Part shown: piece after piece, positions 1-22,070 of the stretch
How positions within the stretch are numbered: position 1 is the stretch's first letter
How the letters are laid out: each line of letters starts with the position of its first letter
DNA from: the human T2T-CHM13v2.0 reference genome, Homo sapiens
Strand: one strand, 5' to 3'
DNA length: 64,000 nucleotides
NCBI RefSeq assembly: GCF_009914755.1
Contig: NC_060940.1
Notes under the pieces: generated by a model
Seen by the model: only the letters and a program-made list of their open reading frames with translations
What the model was told of the DNA's origin: nothing
The model's database searches: none
Program-made: the position numbers and the translations under genes

Positions 1-329
1 TAGGTGTGAGGCACCGTGCCTAGCCGGAAGAGCATTTTTCTAATGAAAGGTTCTTTAGCAATCCAGGGCTACTTTGCTGGACTACTGAAATAAGATTCAT
101 TCCTTCTTTTGTTCTGTTGGTCTTATAGGTAATTGAGTACCTATAAGACAGACATGGACCCTGCTCTCAAAGCAACTTATAATATATTTGAAAATACACT
201 TAATTAGAAATCACAATTAGCATGGGACTGATCCAACAGTGGCTCATGGAGCAGATACTGTTGGTTGCCTACTATGGCAAAGGGTGATGAGTGTCCCCCA
301 ATATTTATTCTCTTTCTTTCTTACAGTAA

Positions 330-790
330 TGAAACACTTATGTTTAGCAAGACACATAGAATCTAGGATAATGAGTATATTTCCCAGCCTCCTTTGCTGT
401 TATATGTGGTCATGTGTCTAAGTTACGAGATTTCTGCAAAAGATTTCCTTGCTGTAAAATAGAGATCCCGCTAAAAAAAGAGAGTCAACTCAATAAAGTA
501 CCAGGCATGGTGCTAGGTCCATTTTCTGATGGATGTTGCTATGTCTGGATGTGATGCCTAGATCCATGGCTGTCACTGTGTAACCAGGAGGAAAGTTAGT
601 CTGAAGATATCAGAGCAGAAAGATGGAAGGAACTTGACATCATGGTTGAGCCATTTAATAAGCAAGGCTGGAGCCACTCCACCTCCAGATGTCCAGTTAG
701 GTAAGGTTGTAACATGTCTTTGTTGTTTAAATTAGAAGAGTGAGGGCCTTCTGTTACTTGCAGACAAGAGCATCCTAACCAAACAACATG
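330..790 (+). mobile_element. Old MaLR (MLT1-type) LTR
   Basis: ATTTCCCAGCCTCCTTTGC...GGTCATGTG and terminal TCTGTTACTTGCAG...CATCCTAACC motifs. Confidence 0.6.
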
Positions 791-1111
791 GTACACAGAG
801 TCCATCGTGGCCTGCCTTGTGGCACACTCTCCAGTCTCATCTCTCAGTATTGCTTTCTCCAGTCCCAAACTTCAGACCCACTGCATTTCAAACCATGGTC
901 TTTCATTTCTCCAGGATTCCATGCATGACGTGACTTCTGCCCAGGATGTCCTTCTCCATCTCTTTATCTAACAACGATCAATTCATCCTCCAAAATCAGC
1001 TTAGCAGACATCTCTTCCAGGAAGCCTTTTGTACCAGACCCAGCTTATGGGTCACCCCAGATCCATTTGGCCCCATCTGCACTCCTGGGCCTCAGCCACT
1101 TGCCTTGTTTC

Positions 1112-1449
1112 ATGTGTGTGTGTGTGTGTCTGTGTGTGTGTCTCTGTGTGTGTGTGTTTTGAGGCAGGGTCTTGTTCTGTTGCCTAGGCTGGTGTGCAGT
1201 GGCATGATTAGGGCTCACTGCAGCCGCAGCCTCCCAGGGCTCAAGCAATCCTCCCACCTCAGCCACTGAGTAGCTGGGACTACAAGTGTACACCACCTCG
1301 CCTGGCTAATTTTTTTAAAATAATTTTTTGTAGAGACAGGGTCTCACTATGTTGTCCAGGCTAGCCTCAAATTCCTGGATTCAAGTGATCTTCCCGCCTC
1401 TGTCTCCCAAAGTGTTGGGATTCCAGGTGTGAACCATCGTACCTGGCCT
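1112..1449 (-). mobile_element. AluJ-like element whose tail is a (TG)n microsatellite
   Basis: (TG)n at 1112-1157 followed directly by an antisense Alu body. Confidence 0.9.
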
Positions 1450-2549
1450 GCCTTGTTTCTTAACAAGCGCAGCTCTAGCAAGGGATCATTCTATTTTCAC
1501 AGCTGGAAAGAACTGGCTGCTGCCACTCCTGCCACAGACTAAGGACCTCTTTGTGTGGTGCTGACCGATAAGGAGAGACCACCCACATGTACAGGCAGGG
1601 ACTTTCAGGGACGCTGGCTTCTGCATCAGCCGATGACAAGGCCCGGAGTGGGGGCAGTAAATATCCTGTGGGTATCCTTTGACCAACAAGAGACAGGAGA
1701 TGGGAAGAATCATCAGCTCAATTGTTTGCCCTTTTTTCTCCCCAACTGTTTAGAGATTAAGAGGCTCTGTGCAGCCTCTTTGAAGGGGATGGAGGAACCA
1801 GCTGTGTTTGCTGCAAAGCTTCCTTGGGCTTGAACCACTCCCCATAAAACACTCATAGGCAAGCCATACCCTTAGGTTCTGTTTTCTGAGGATCTGGGCT
1901 GAAGAGCCTCCCCACCCCATGCTGCCACCATCCAACCAGTCTGGGTGGCAAGGAAGAGACACATTCGGACGATCTCAGACTCCAGCAGGGATTGTTAGAA
2001 GGATCACAGGGAACCCAGACAGCACTACTTACTCAAGCCAGAAAAAAGAGCTGTAAGGTCATTCAGGCCCCACGGCAGCTTTTGTGCCCCCAAATCAACT
2101 CCGATAGCCCAACATTCTTGGACTCAGCTGTTTGGTCACCTTGCTTCTTCCTACTCTCCCCTGACCCACCGAGGTTGCCATTGCCCCCTGGCCTTTGCCT
2201 ACTCTATAGCTTCTGCTGATTTACGGCTTCTGCTTAATTCTGAATTCTCCTTCCTCAGGGCTTCTGTGTCCCATTCATTCAGACTCCCCAAGAGAGATCG
2301 GCATGGGTTGCTTGGTTGCCATTCAGTACTGGGTGGCATTGTTGGCAAAGTTGTGCATTGGGCTCCCTTGTTACTGGTGGTCCTGGTCCAGTCCCTTGAG
2401 AGTGTTTAGAAACATCTGCATCAACTTGACATTGCTGTGACATTTACAAGAGTGTGACTGACAGGCTCATCTTTCTAGGCACAGGTCAGTGTGGATAATC
2501 TCTAAATAAAGATAGGCCTGGTCAAATATTGAACATGCAAGGTGATTAA

Positions 2550-2682
2550 CAATTTTTTTTTGTGTAGAGATGGGATCTTGCTCTTTTGCCCAGACTGATC
2601 TCGAATTCCTGGTCTCAAGCAATACTCCCACCTTGGCCTCCCAAAGTCCTGAGATTACAGGCGCCAGCCACCTCACCTGGCC
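2550..2682 (-). mobile_element. Alu left monomer (FLAM-like)
   Basis: Antisense left-arm Alu sequence only. Confidence 0.8.
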
Positions 2683-3305
2683 AAAAGCAGATTTTTAATA
2701 AAATAATCGTCAAAAGTCTAAGTTGTCTGTGAATTGCACATGACATGAGCTATGTGATAGTCTTGCAGAGTAGAACCAACAGGAAATTTTAAATAACAAA
2801 CCAGCAACAGGTCATTTATCACAGAGAGTCTGAGAATCACTGGGAAGGCTGCAGTAAAGGAATCTGAGCGGAACTTCCAGAAATAACTCTTAAGCCACAG
2901 AGCAGAAACTGGGCCACCAAGGAAGCCGCCGCCTCTGTCCCCACCAGGAAGCTGCCTGCAGAACCAGGGCCCCTGCTCCAGCTGCGGAGTTTCAGAACCA
3001 CCCCACCTCTGCTGCCAGCCACACTAGCAAAGCGGGTGTCTCGGGTGGCTCCTGTCTTCATGCCAGGAAATGTGGGAATGTGTTTTGCTTCCCAGCTCCT
3101 GCTGTAGAAGCTCCCTAGAGGAAAGCTGAAATGAATGGCTAGTAAGTGGAACCACGGTGTCCATTCAAAAATTCTACACTTCCATAACAATAGGACTGAT
3201 GTCCTGTTCCCCCAAGCGGTCACATGCTCCTTGACCACAAGCATATGCACATTTTGTTTGTATTACCTGGAATGGTCTCCTTGAATTTCTGCTGGTCAAA
3301 ATCCT

Positions 3306-3440
3306 ATTCATTCATTCATTCATTCATTCATTCATTCATTCAACAAATCTCTGTAAAGTACCAGGCATGGCGTAGGCTACTCAGGATACCAAAATGAATA
3401 TGGCAAAGTCCCTGACTTCAAGAGCCTCATCATCTGGTTA
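3306..3440 (-). repeat. (TTCA)n microsatellite at an L2 3' end
   Basis: About 9 TTCA units at 3306-3342 followed by CAACAAAT...CCAGGCA, typical of an antisense L2 tail. Confidence 0.8.
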
Positions 3441-3569
3441 GGGAAATATACATGAACATAAACTACACTGCTCTTTTCCTTTCTGTCCTATTAAGCCCTT
3501 TACAATGTAAAAGAGTGAAGTACAGGGACGAAGAGTCCAGCTCTGTAGTCAGACTTGCCAGCTGTGTGA

Positions 3570-4343
3570 CTTTTTGGAGACAGGTCTCTCCCTCTCACCC
3601 AGGCTGAAGTGCAGTGGTGCAATCATCAGGCTCACTGCAGCCTCAACCTCCCAGGCCCAAGTGATCCTCCTGCCTCAGCCTCCTGATCAGCTGGGACAAT
3701 AGGCATACACCACCACACCCAGCTAATTTTTTTTTTTTATGACAGGGTCTCACTATGTTGCTCAGGCTGGAGTGTGATTTTTATTTTTATTTATTTATTT
3801 TGAGATGGAGTCTTGCTCTGTCATCCAGGCTAAAGTGCAGTGGCACGATCTTGGCTCACTGCAACCTCCACCTCCTGGGTTCAAGTGATTCTCACGCCTC
3901 AGCCTCCTGAGTAGCTGGGATTACAGGCATGTGCCACCATGCCCAGCTAATTTTTATATCTTTAGTAGAGACAGGGTTTCACCATGTTGGCCAGGCTGTT
4001 CTCGAACTCATGACCCCAAGTGATCCACCCACCTTGGCCTCCCAAAGTGCTGGGATTACAGGCATGAGCCATTGCGCCCGGCCCCTGCAGTGTTTTCTAA
4101 TAAGTTACTTAACCTCTCTCAGCCTCACTTTTCTTTTTTCTTTTCTTTGAGACGGAGTCTTGCACTGTCACCCGGGCTGGTGTGAGCGATCCCGGCCTGC
4201 TGCAACCTCTGCCTCCTGGGTTCAAGTGATTCTCCTACCTCAGCCTCCCGAGCAGCTAGGATTACAGGTGTGCACCACCACGCCCAGCTAATTTTTTGTA
4301 TTTTTAGTAGAGACAGGGTTTCACTATGTTGGCCAGGCTGGTC
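3570..4343 (-). mobile_element. Three antisense Alus (~3570-3775, 3780-4083, 4130-4343) inserted in a MIR
   Basis: Alu consensus segments; MIR core (AAGTTACTTAACCTCTCT) between them. Confidence 0.85.
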
Positions 4344-4659
4344 CTCACTTTTCTCATATGTGAATGGCAATAATAACAGCACCTGCCTCATTGGGCTTGT
4401 TCTGAGCATTTCAAGAGATACTGCTGAGGAATCGCCACATCTAGGAGGCGTGTGATACAGGCATCAAATGGGCTATCGTTTCCTGTCCTTCAAAACCTGG
4501 TTACATGTTACCTGTCCATGAGCTCCCCCTGCTCCCACTGTGGGAAATGAATCACTTCTCCCTCTTTTCCTCTCATCAGTGCTCACATTCATCCTCTGTG
4601 AGACACACCTCCAAGACATCAGAAACTCTGGGAGGAGTGTCTGTATATATACTTGCTAA

Positions 4660-5160
<501 letters not shown>

Positions 5161-5451
5161 AACGGTGACAATTTTCTTAATCCACCTACACACTGTGTAT
5201 GTACCATTTTCGTCTGTAAGCTCAAAGCCCTGTGTTTTCCTTCACATTTCCCTTGGCCTAGCACATGTTAAGAACCCACAAATATGAGCAGTAAATTAAT
5301 GAATGAATACATTTGTATTTGCTCTGACACATATAGTAGATTTGCCAAGTGCAAAGTTCTGAGGCCTGTACCTTGAGCCCTTTAGAGGAAATGACCTATG
5401 GAAACAGATTACAGGCAGGAAAAATAGCAATAGTAATACGTCATTTACTCG

Positions 5452-6228
5452 GTGTAGCGGGGATGAATTATGGTCCTCCCAAATATATGTTTTCATCCTA
5501 ACCTCTAGAACCTGTGAATGTGACCTTCTTTGAAAAAAAGCGTCTTTGTAGACATGATTTAAGAATCTTTAAATTAAGGATCCTTAAATTACAGATCTCC
5601 AGTTGAGATCAATGGGATAACCCCAGTGTCTTCTAAATCCAATGACAGGTGTCCTTATAAGAAACAGAAGGCCAGGCACGGTGGCTCACACTTGTAATCC
5701 TAGCTCTTTGGGAGGCCGAGACAGGAGGATTGCTTGAGTCCAGGAGTTCAAGAGCAGCCTGGGCAACACAGTGAGTGAGACCCCATCTCTACAAAAAATA
5801 AAAAATTAGCTGGGTGTGGTGGTGCACACCGTAGTCACAGCTATTCAAGGAGGCTAAGGCAGGAGGATCATTTGAGCCCAGGAGGTGAGGTCAAGGATGT
5901 GGAGAGCCATGATCACCCACTGTACTCCAGCCCAGCCTGGGTGACAGAATGAGAACCTGTTTCAAAAAAAGAAAAGAAAAGAAACAGAAAAGGAGAAGGC
6001 CATGCAAGATGTAGGCAGAGATGGGAGTCAGATAGCCACAAGCCAAGGGGCGCCTGGAGCCACCGGAAGCTGTAAGAGGCAAGGAGGGGTTCTCCCCTGG
6101 GGCCTCAAAAGGGAGCACAGCCCTGCAGACACCCTTTCAGATTCCTGCTTTTGAGAACTCTGAAAGAATACACTTCTGTTGCTTAAACCACCTGGTTTGT
6201 GGTATTTTGTGACAGTAGCCTCCAGGTA
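5452..6228 (+). mobile_element. MLT1 (C/D-like) LTR interrupted by a sense Alu (~5669-5985)
   Basis: GAACCTGTGAATGTGACCTT...; terminal TTTGTGGTATTTTGTGACAGTAGCC. Confidence 0.8.
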
Positions 6229-6269
6229 CATTGAGCGTGTTTGTATGACCCTCGAGCTGAGATTAGTTT

Positions 6270-6583
6270 TTATATTTTTTTAGAGTTAGGGTCTCGTTCT
6301 GTTGTCCAGGCTGGAATGCAGTGGCATGATCATAGTTCACAGCTCACAGCAGCCTCGACATCTTAGACTCAAATGATCCTCCTGTCTTAGCTTCCTGAGT
6401 AGCTGGGACTACAGGTGTGCACCAACACACCCAGCTAGTTTTTTTGTTTTGTTTTGTTTTTTTCTAGAGACAGGGTCTCACTGTGTTGCCTAGGCTGGTC
6501 TTGAACTCCTGGGCTCAAGCAATCCTCCTGCCTTGGCCTCCCAAAGTGCTGGGATTACAGGCATGAACCGTTGTGCCCAGCAG
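6270..6583 (-). mobile_element. AluJ-like element
   Basis: Full antisense Alu dimer. Confidence 0.9.
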
Positions 6584-6584
6584 G

Positions 6585-7805
<1,221 letters not shown>

Positions 7806-8102
7806 GCATTGCCATTATTTGTATAGTTGGAGATAGCATACCACTATATCTGCCAGGGGAAAAATAAACCACTCTGTTGGTAGCACTCCATTTTATAGAT
7901 CGGGAGATAGAAGCAAAGATAGGTTAAGAGAGTTATCCAAAAGAGGTGGCCAGCTGTCATCTCTGCATGTCAAAACATCTCATCCATCTTTTTCCAGCCG
8001 CAGCAACATGACTTTCCTTGGGGGAGAGACACCCCTTCCCACAGTTCCCACAGTTTGAACAGGGCTGACTCCACCTCTTGGTTCCAGGGCTGGGTACCCA
8101 AC

Positions 8103-8460
8103 TGTATTAGTCAGCTCAGGCTGCCTCTACAAATACCATAGATTGGGTGGCTCCAACAACAGAAATTTATTTTCTCATAGCTCTGGAGGTTAGAAAGTCC
8201 AAAATCAAGGTCTGGTAGCATTCCGCTTCTGGTGAGGGCTTTTCTCCAGGCTTGCAGATGGTCTTTCTTTGGTCCAACCACATGGAGAGAGAGCCGTCTC
8301 TCTTTCTTCCTCTTATAAGGTCACCAATCCTATCAGATTAGGACCCTATCTTTCTGACCTCATTTAACCTAAATTACTGCCGAAAAGCCCTATCTCCAAA
8401 TACAGTCACATTGGCCGTTAAGGTTTCAACATAGATTTGGATTGGAGTTGGTGGGGGCAC
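8103..8460 (-). mobile_element. MLT1A-type LTR
   Basis: TGTATTAGTCAG...AACAACAGAAATTTATTTTCTCATAGCTCTGGAGG. Confidence 0.8.
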
Positions 8461-8572
8461 TACCTGGGCAATGCTAATCAGTGCATTCCCTTGCTTGGTG
8501 GCTTTAGCATATGACCCAAAACTATCCCAAGTCATGGCATTTACCACAACTTTGAGAAAAGCAAGCCTCTCT

Positions 8573-9041
<469 letters not shown>

Positions 9042-9990
9042 CTAGATTCAGCTGTACCTGAAATCCCCTCATGGATCTCAGTTAACATGATACAATAATG
9101 TGTGTGTGTGTGTGTGTCTATGCGTGCGTGCACTTAAGCCAGTTGGAGCTGTGTTTCTGTCACTTGCAAACCTAAGAATCTTGACTGGTAGATGATGATC
9201 TCATAGCTAATATTAGTAGATGGGATCTGAAGGCAGATCTGCTTAGCTCTCAGGGGCCCAATTTAGGATTTACTGGGAACAACCCAGAAGCCATCTTTTG
9301 AGTCCTGGTTCCCAGGTGGCAGCTGGGTTCTAACATGTTTTAATATATTCACCCTTGCTCTCTTTAAAGGTCAGTGCCAGCAAAGAAGGTGTAATGAGTG
9401 TGAATAAAGAAAGACAATTATTTAAATAGATCAGATTATTTCAGGAAGTGCTCCCTGTTATGAAACAAAACAAGCTTCCTAGGACTGAGGTTCCAATGTA
9501 GACCCAGACAAAGGACCCCCAAAATTCCCAGCAGATGAGGAAGAGACCTTCCCTGGGCCCCCTCCTGGGAGTTCCACCCCTTGGTTTCTGCCCAGCTCTA
9601 CAAAGGCTGTGTAACCTTGTGGGGGAGGGGGGAAGGGGGGCAGCTGAACCTGCCTGAGCTGAACCTGTTTGTGCCCCTTTCCTCCACTGGGAAAATAATT
9701 TTATTTTAATTTCATTTCATTTTATTTATTTTATTTTTTCAGAGACAAGAGTCTTGCTCTGTCACTCAGGCTGGAGTGCAATGATGCTATCATAGCTCAC
9801 TGCAGCCTCGAATTCCTGGCCTCACTCAAGCGATCTTCTCGCCGCCTCGGCTTCCCAAAGTGCTGGGATTACAGGGGTGAACCAGCATGTTCCGATGAAG
9901 TCTCAGGCCAAATGTCACCCCTGTCATCCTCTGGTTTCCACAGGGTAGCCAGCACCTTCTCACTCCCTCGGGCACTTTTGTTTATTTTAG

Positions 9991-10490
<500 letters not shown>

Positions 10491-10699
10491 GACTGCGGCA
10501 GACGGCAAGGGCCACTCCTGTGCCAGGGCCTGCCACGCCACCGCAGCTTGTGCGGTGGGGGTGGGGAGGACTGGACAGTCTGGCTGTGCGCCCTTTTCTC
10601 CTTTTCAACGTCCCAGTATAACTTCAAGGGAGCGCAACTCCAGAGGCTCCCTGGACGAAGCCACCGCCCCGGAATCAGGGCCTTCCCAATTCTGCCTTC

Positions 10700-12910
<2,211 letters not shown>

Positions 12911-14457
12911 ACCCTGACAGCACCCCCACCTGACCAAATGCTCCTAAAGCCTTTCCCACTGGGTGGGGGTGGGAATGGCGGTGAAGCCAGTTAAATGCAA
13001 GATTGCAGAAGGCATTGGAAAATTTGGTGGCTGCCACAAGCTTTAGTGGCTTAAATATCACCTTCTCGCTTCACAGTCCAGTATAATATGACATCTTCAC
13101 ACCCACTAGAGTGTCCTGGGCAAACCATGGGAAGACATCCAACAGGAGACCCAAGAATTGGTTCAAATATTGTTCTGTGTAGACGGATTCTGTAGAAGGA
13201 TGTGGCTTTTAGAGAAGTCCAGTAGAAGAAGCAAGAACTAGCTGCAGGGAAAGTTCCTTCTGTCGGTTTTTAGACACAGATCTCTCTGCCCAAATTAAAA
13301 AAAAACAAAACAAAACACTAAAGTTTTTGACACAATTACTTGCTAGGTACTGGGTTCCTGATTGTCTTTAAAAAGAAAAATCTGAATCTTTATTTGCAAC
13401 TGGAATTGAAGTTCTATTTTAGGGGCTAATGTTTAGAGGAACATAATTTCCACTGTTCAAATTAATATTAATGTATTTTTAAAATGGTGCAATCACAGGT
13501 GTTTGACAAGATTGTCAACAAGTTAAGTCACATAGATGGAAAGGCAATCGAGAGTTGGTTAGAGAAGCTTCCAGAGAAAATAGCACTTTATATTGATCAA
13601 TTCACTCATTTTGTGGTAATTGCTAGCACCAAGCATTGCATCTGAAAGGGAAGCCAGTTATATTTATTATTAAATGTACAACCTTGAAAAGCAGCCAGCA
13701 TGCTTGCCTAACTAACATCGCCGCAGGCCACAAGCTGGGATATGTACCTGTCCGTCAACATCCATTCATTAAACTACCTACTACCAGCCAGAGATGTCTG
13801 GAACCAAAGTAGCAACCAAATACATATTCAAGACAACACTGGTGAAGGCATAAAACATGTTGGCTTTGGAGAAAGATGTGTTTTAGGCTTTGCCTGTAAA
13901 GGTGTTTCTCCAAGGCTGGCTGCTGGCTGGAGACAGAAAACTTTTTTGTTTTAAGGTTTTTAGCAAACTCCTTCACAAAGAGATTTCTTTCTGAGCTTAA
14001 TGAGCTAATGAAGAGGAAATGCCTGCTGCTTAGCATGTGGTTTGTGCTGGGTCTCTAACCATTGATGGTTCTTCCTTGTCCAGGCAGTCTTACGTGGTCC
14101 AAGAGACCTGTTGATTCAGCACAGGTCTTGCAAAACATTTCACTTATAGTTCAGTATCTTGGGCTCTGTGCTTGAAGATCAGTTACTCCCTGGTCGTGGG
14201 CAGAGGAGACAAATTAGGAAAAGAGCAAGGGAGACAGCCCTTGACGGCAGTCTGTCTCTTTTCTCTTTAGGTGTCAGTATCACCAGGTTGGGTGTATTTT
14301 GCAGCTGGGAGGAGCTGGTCCTGGAATTCTTCCTTGTTCTCCCAAATTTATAACAGTCCTCAATTGCAGTTTAAGTTCAGCATGGCCCCTCATCTGCTTG
14401 CCTGATTGGAAATGCAGCCAGTCCAAGTGTTACAAATTGGGATTTTTTTGTTTTCTA

Positions 14458-15510
<1,053 letters not shown>

Positions 15511-16189
15511 TTGTGCATTGTATTTGTGAATTTTTAAAATATTACTGTTTTATTTAAATGCCATGCTGAGCAATTGTTCTCTGTACATGGTAACCAAAAC
15601 TTAGAGATTTCGATCAATTTTGATCAATGTTTAGTAAACCAAAACATGTACTGTGTACAACGGAAATAATATGGCATATTAGCCAGGCATGATGGTTGCC
15701 CAAGACAGTTAAATTAAGCTCAATTCTGTATTTTATTAGGGCTCTGTTATGTCCTTCATCTGAAATGTACACATTTTTGGTGTATGCTTGGTACTGGAGA
15801 TTCATATATGCAAATATTCTCATGCAAGAAGTTCCACAGTAACAACAGCAAAAAGAAAAAATTAGTTGTCCAGCCAGTGCTGGAGGAAAATGTTTCTGGG
15901 GAAGATGACTCAGTCATTTTGTGGCGAGACACCCTTTGGTAACTCCCACTGACCAGTCTTGGGAGCCTTCCTGGAATGATCGTGGGCTGAGCGGAGATGT
16001 TTTTTGCAAAATGAAACTGAAGCTGAAAGAAAGGAGAATTCGAGTGAACCAAGAGAAATCCAAAGACCTGGGGAAGGAGGACTTAAGATGAAAGTGAAGC
16101 AAGAGAGGGAAGGGGAAATGAAGTGAAAATGGCGTGAGGGTGTGAGAGAGGTTTGGGTTAGGAAACATGTTTTTAGTGCTATTTCCAAC

Positions 16190-16436
16190 CAGGGGTCGCA
16201 AACTCAGCAGCCTGTAGAAACAGGGGTGGGAGGTGGGGGGGAAGCTGTGCCCACCTTTAAAGAGGGGGCCATTGCTCAGCCATGCAGAAAAAAATGGGGC
16301 AACAAGCTGGAAATCAGGTTTTTTTTTTTTAAAGTGAAACTTGATGATTTTTAAACAAGTAATTAAAAAAATGTCCAAAACACCATGTGGGCCAAACATT
16401 TGTTTGAGCCTGGGGGCCACCAGTTTGCGACCACTG
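16190..16436. mobile_element. Non-autonomous hAT-Charlie-type DNA transposon in the 3'UTR
   Basis: TIRs CAGGGGTCGCAAACT (16190-16204) and AGTTTGCGACCACTG (16422-16436), 14/15 complementary. Confidence 0.7.
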
Positions 16437-16891
16437 CCTTACGTAGTTAACACCCTGAGTATGTATACAGTCATATTTTTTGTTTTGGATATGGTAGTGT
16501 TATATATACTTGGGGGCGTGATATTTGAAGTCATCTTTATCTCTCAGAGTTAAGCTTTATTGTAGAAGAAAAAAAAAAAAGTTAACACAGCCATAGATAA
16601 CACTTAACTCACAGTTCCCAGGAGGACACTTGATCTCGAAGCTGCTCTTTTTGAGTCAGATCCTACATCAAACCACTTAGGGCCAGTTTTTGGCATTTCC
16701 TTCCTGGTGATTTGGGGTAAACTTCTTTGCTCTGTCGGAGTTTGCAGATGAGTAATCAGAAGGATTGCAGAATAACTTGTTTCTTTGTATTTTATTCTTA
16801 CATTTAAATTAATTTTGGGGGGTTAGTGGTATCCTAGCTCGTGCCTTTACAGGGATGATTGGTGGCTAGATTTGGGGTGCAAGCTTCTTAG

Positions 16892-17254
<363 letters not shown>

Positions 17255-17269
17255 TGAATGTTTCTATCA

Positions 17270-17445
17270 TTTTCTTTTCTTTTTTTTTTTTTTTCGAGAC
17301 AGAGTTTTGCTCTTGTTTTACAGGCTGGGGTGCGGTGGGATGATCTTGGCTCACTGCAATCTCCTCCTCCCAGGTTCAAGTGATTCTTGGGCCTTAGCCT
17401 CCCGAGTAGCTGGGATTACAGGCACCTGCCACCACGCCTGGCTAA

Positions 17446-17486
<41 letters not shown>

Positions 17487-17609
17487 GTAGAGATGGGGTT
17501 TCATCATGTTGGCCAGGCTGGTCTCGAACTCCTGACCTCAGGTGATCTACCTGCCTCGGCCTCCCAAAGTGCAGGGATTACAGGTGTGAGTGAGCCACCG
17601 CGGCCGGCC
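17270..17609 (-). mobile_element. AluS (antisense) in the 3'UTR with an (AT)n linker expansion
   Basis: Antisense Alu dimer; (AT)n at ~17445-17468. Confidence 0.93.
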
Positions 17610-18451
17610 TCTATCATTTTCTGACTCAGCAGCTCCACCAAAATTGACATCCTAGCAAACACTGTGAAGGAATTAACCTAAGTGCTTCCAGAGCATCTCA
17701 TGTAACCTCTATGGAGTAAGTCACTTTTTCTGTAACATGTGGCTTTTGACCTTGATGAAGACTTTGACTTCTCATCCCTGTCTACATGGAGGAAGATGAT
17801 TCAGTGGTGGGGAAAATGAACCTCGGTAACATTTCCAATGTCCTTCAAGAGGGAAACAAGTTCAGTGTTATCATCGTGGCATTCGTTAGTTTTTTTTTTT
17901 TTAAATCACTTGTTTAGATACAACTTTATTTTTTTATACCTACATAGCACATGACTGGGGGGATAAAGCATGTATAAGTTGGGAGAGGGTAAAGAATGTG
18001 TGACTATGTATACAGAAAATAGACTAAAATGTGCAGCAAAATGATATATACTGTAATCTGGTTTTTGAAGTATCTACTATTCTGGAATATTGTTAAACAA
18101 CTTTTTGCTTTTGAAAAAAAAAGGTGCCTTGATTCAGTTGCGTGACTTAGAACATTCATCCTATTTTATTGTGATTTTTAATGTCTTCTGACCCCAAACT
18201 GTGTTTTTGGTTGCAGTCTGGCGGCTGCAGGCATAGCGTCGGTTTTGTTCCAATAACAGAGACCAAAGAGTTAATCAGATATGGTTCAGCTGCTACAATT
18301 GTATGATTCAAAGGCAATTTAATCACCCCAAATTTCCATGGCCCCCACAGTCAAGACCTGCCATTCGTTTTCTCTTGCAGGTTGGAGTAAATTTGCACTT
18401 TGAATCATGTGGGTCATTTGGGGACCTTGTTCTTTTCTATTTTGCTTTATT

Positions 18452-18457
18452 AATAAA
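18452..18457 (+). terminator. Distal polyadenylation signal AATAAA
   Basis: Canonical hexamer after a U-rich tract at the end of the AU-rich block. Confidence 0.75.
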
Positions 18458-19005
18458 GGAACTTGTAGAAACCTCTGGACTGAATGTCAGATCTGGGGAG
18501 GGCTTTCGTCTTCCCGGAGGGCAGCCTGTGCCTGTGCTGGCTTGTAGTTCCTTGCACAAGCCTCAACTGCTTTGAGCATCTGGGTGTATGGGAAACTTTT
18601 CCCATGCATTAAGGCTGGGGATCATTCTTGTGTAGAATTAGCTCTGTATACAGGTGGGAAAAAAATGCTAGTTCACAATGCTACAGGTGTGCTCCCTGGA
18701 ATCCTGAATCTTCAAGTCTTCCTGGCCTAGAACCTTCTGCCCCCACCTCTCCTCTCTGCCTGACTCTCCCACCCCTGCTCCCCCACACATACCCAAACAC
18801 AATTTACGTCTTGGCCTGTGGCTCAAGAATTTTGTCCAGAAATCTCTTAGGCCCTCAGGCCCTTGCGAAATGGTAAACATTTGCTAATACGAAAAACCAC
18901 CAGGCTTAGCAGGAGATAGAATCTTGGAGACTAAGGGTTGTTCAGAGCCCCAGAGCCAGGTAGAAGCCCAGGGAAACCTGCAGCCATGATGAAACAGTAG
19001 TTGTG

Positions 19006-19374
<369 letters not shown>

Positions 19375-19777
19375 TCAACAAATAATACTGTCCGACGGCA
19401 TTGAGGACACACACACAGAAGTGGCCAAGACAGACATGTCTTCTCTCTTATGAGCTCACAGAGACAGGCAGACAGGCAATGAAAGAACCCATTACCGTAC
19501 AGCGTGGTAGGTGCTGGGTAGGAGAAAGTTTTTCAAAACCAAACAAGGGTACCTCGTGCACTTTAGGGTTTTCAGGAAAGCTCCTTGGAAGAAGTGACAT
19601 CTAAGTTGAGATCCAAAGATAGGTGGGAATTAGCCAGGTGAAGGGAGTTGGGCTGGAGAAGAATATATTGAACGCAGAGATGAAAGAACATTCCAGTTTG
19701 GCTGGAAAGTAGGGGCAGGTGGAGAGGAGGGGAGGAGGATTCAATGGAAAGGATGAGGTGGGAGGGAGTTTGAAGCC

Positions 19778-20600
<823 letters not shown>

Positions 20601-20710
20601 CACAGAGAGTTTGAACTGATCAGAGGGCACTGTTGAATCACTTTAGACAAGGAGTGGCAAGGTCACATTTGAATTTGGCTCACTCTGGCTAGTGTGGAGA
20701 GTGGATTATA

Positions 20711-21350
<640 letters not shown>

Positions 21351-21892
21351 AGACTTGTCTTCAAATCTTGTGTTCTGCACTTCTTATCTACGTGTCTCTA
21401 CAAGTTACCTAATCCTCTTTGTATCTTGATTCCCTCATCTGTAAAATGGGATTAATAATGGAACCTTGCCCATAGGAGTGATTGAGGATTAAGTGAGATT
21501 TTTGCATGCAAAGTGCTTGGCACAGATTAAGCGCCCAGTACGCGTCAGTGTAGAAGCAATTATTAGAATGGCCTGAAAATGCCATTCTAATAATCCCAGC
21601 ACTTCGGGACGCTGAGGTGGGAGGATCACTTGAACGCAGGAGTTCGAGGCCAGCCTGCACCACATAGCGAGACCCCCATCTCTACAAATAATTAAAACTA
21701 GAGTGGCATTTTCACATAATCTGTGTCTCTAACCTCTTCCTCTGCTCACTTTGCTCAAGCTCATTCTTTCTCCTCTGCAGGGTCTGTTTCCCTGTCGTCC
21801 ACCCCCGATCATCTCTCTGCTACCCAGTTTTTGTTCATCTCCTTCCTTGATGTCCAGGGCATTTTCCACTATGAAAAGGTTTTATTCGGGAT

Positions 21893-22039
21893 ACTATGGT
21901 AGACTGGTTACAACAATAGTCTCTGATCTCCAGTTTTCTTACACCTATGCCCTTTGCAAAGTGATTTTGCAATCTTTTCCATCAAGAAGGGTTGCCCTTT
22001 TGCCTACCCCTTACATCTGGAAGGGCTTTGTGAGTTTGT

Positions 22040-22070
<31 letters not shown>

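Noticed and set aside
15914-16420. 168-aa antisense ORF in the 3'UTR
   Set aside because: Reverse translation of a purine-rich tract plus a DNA-transposon fossil; no homology recognised.
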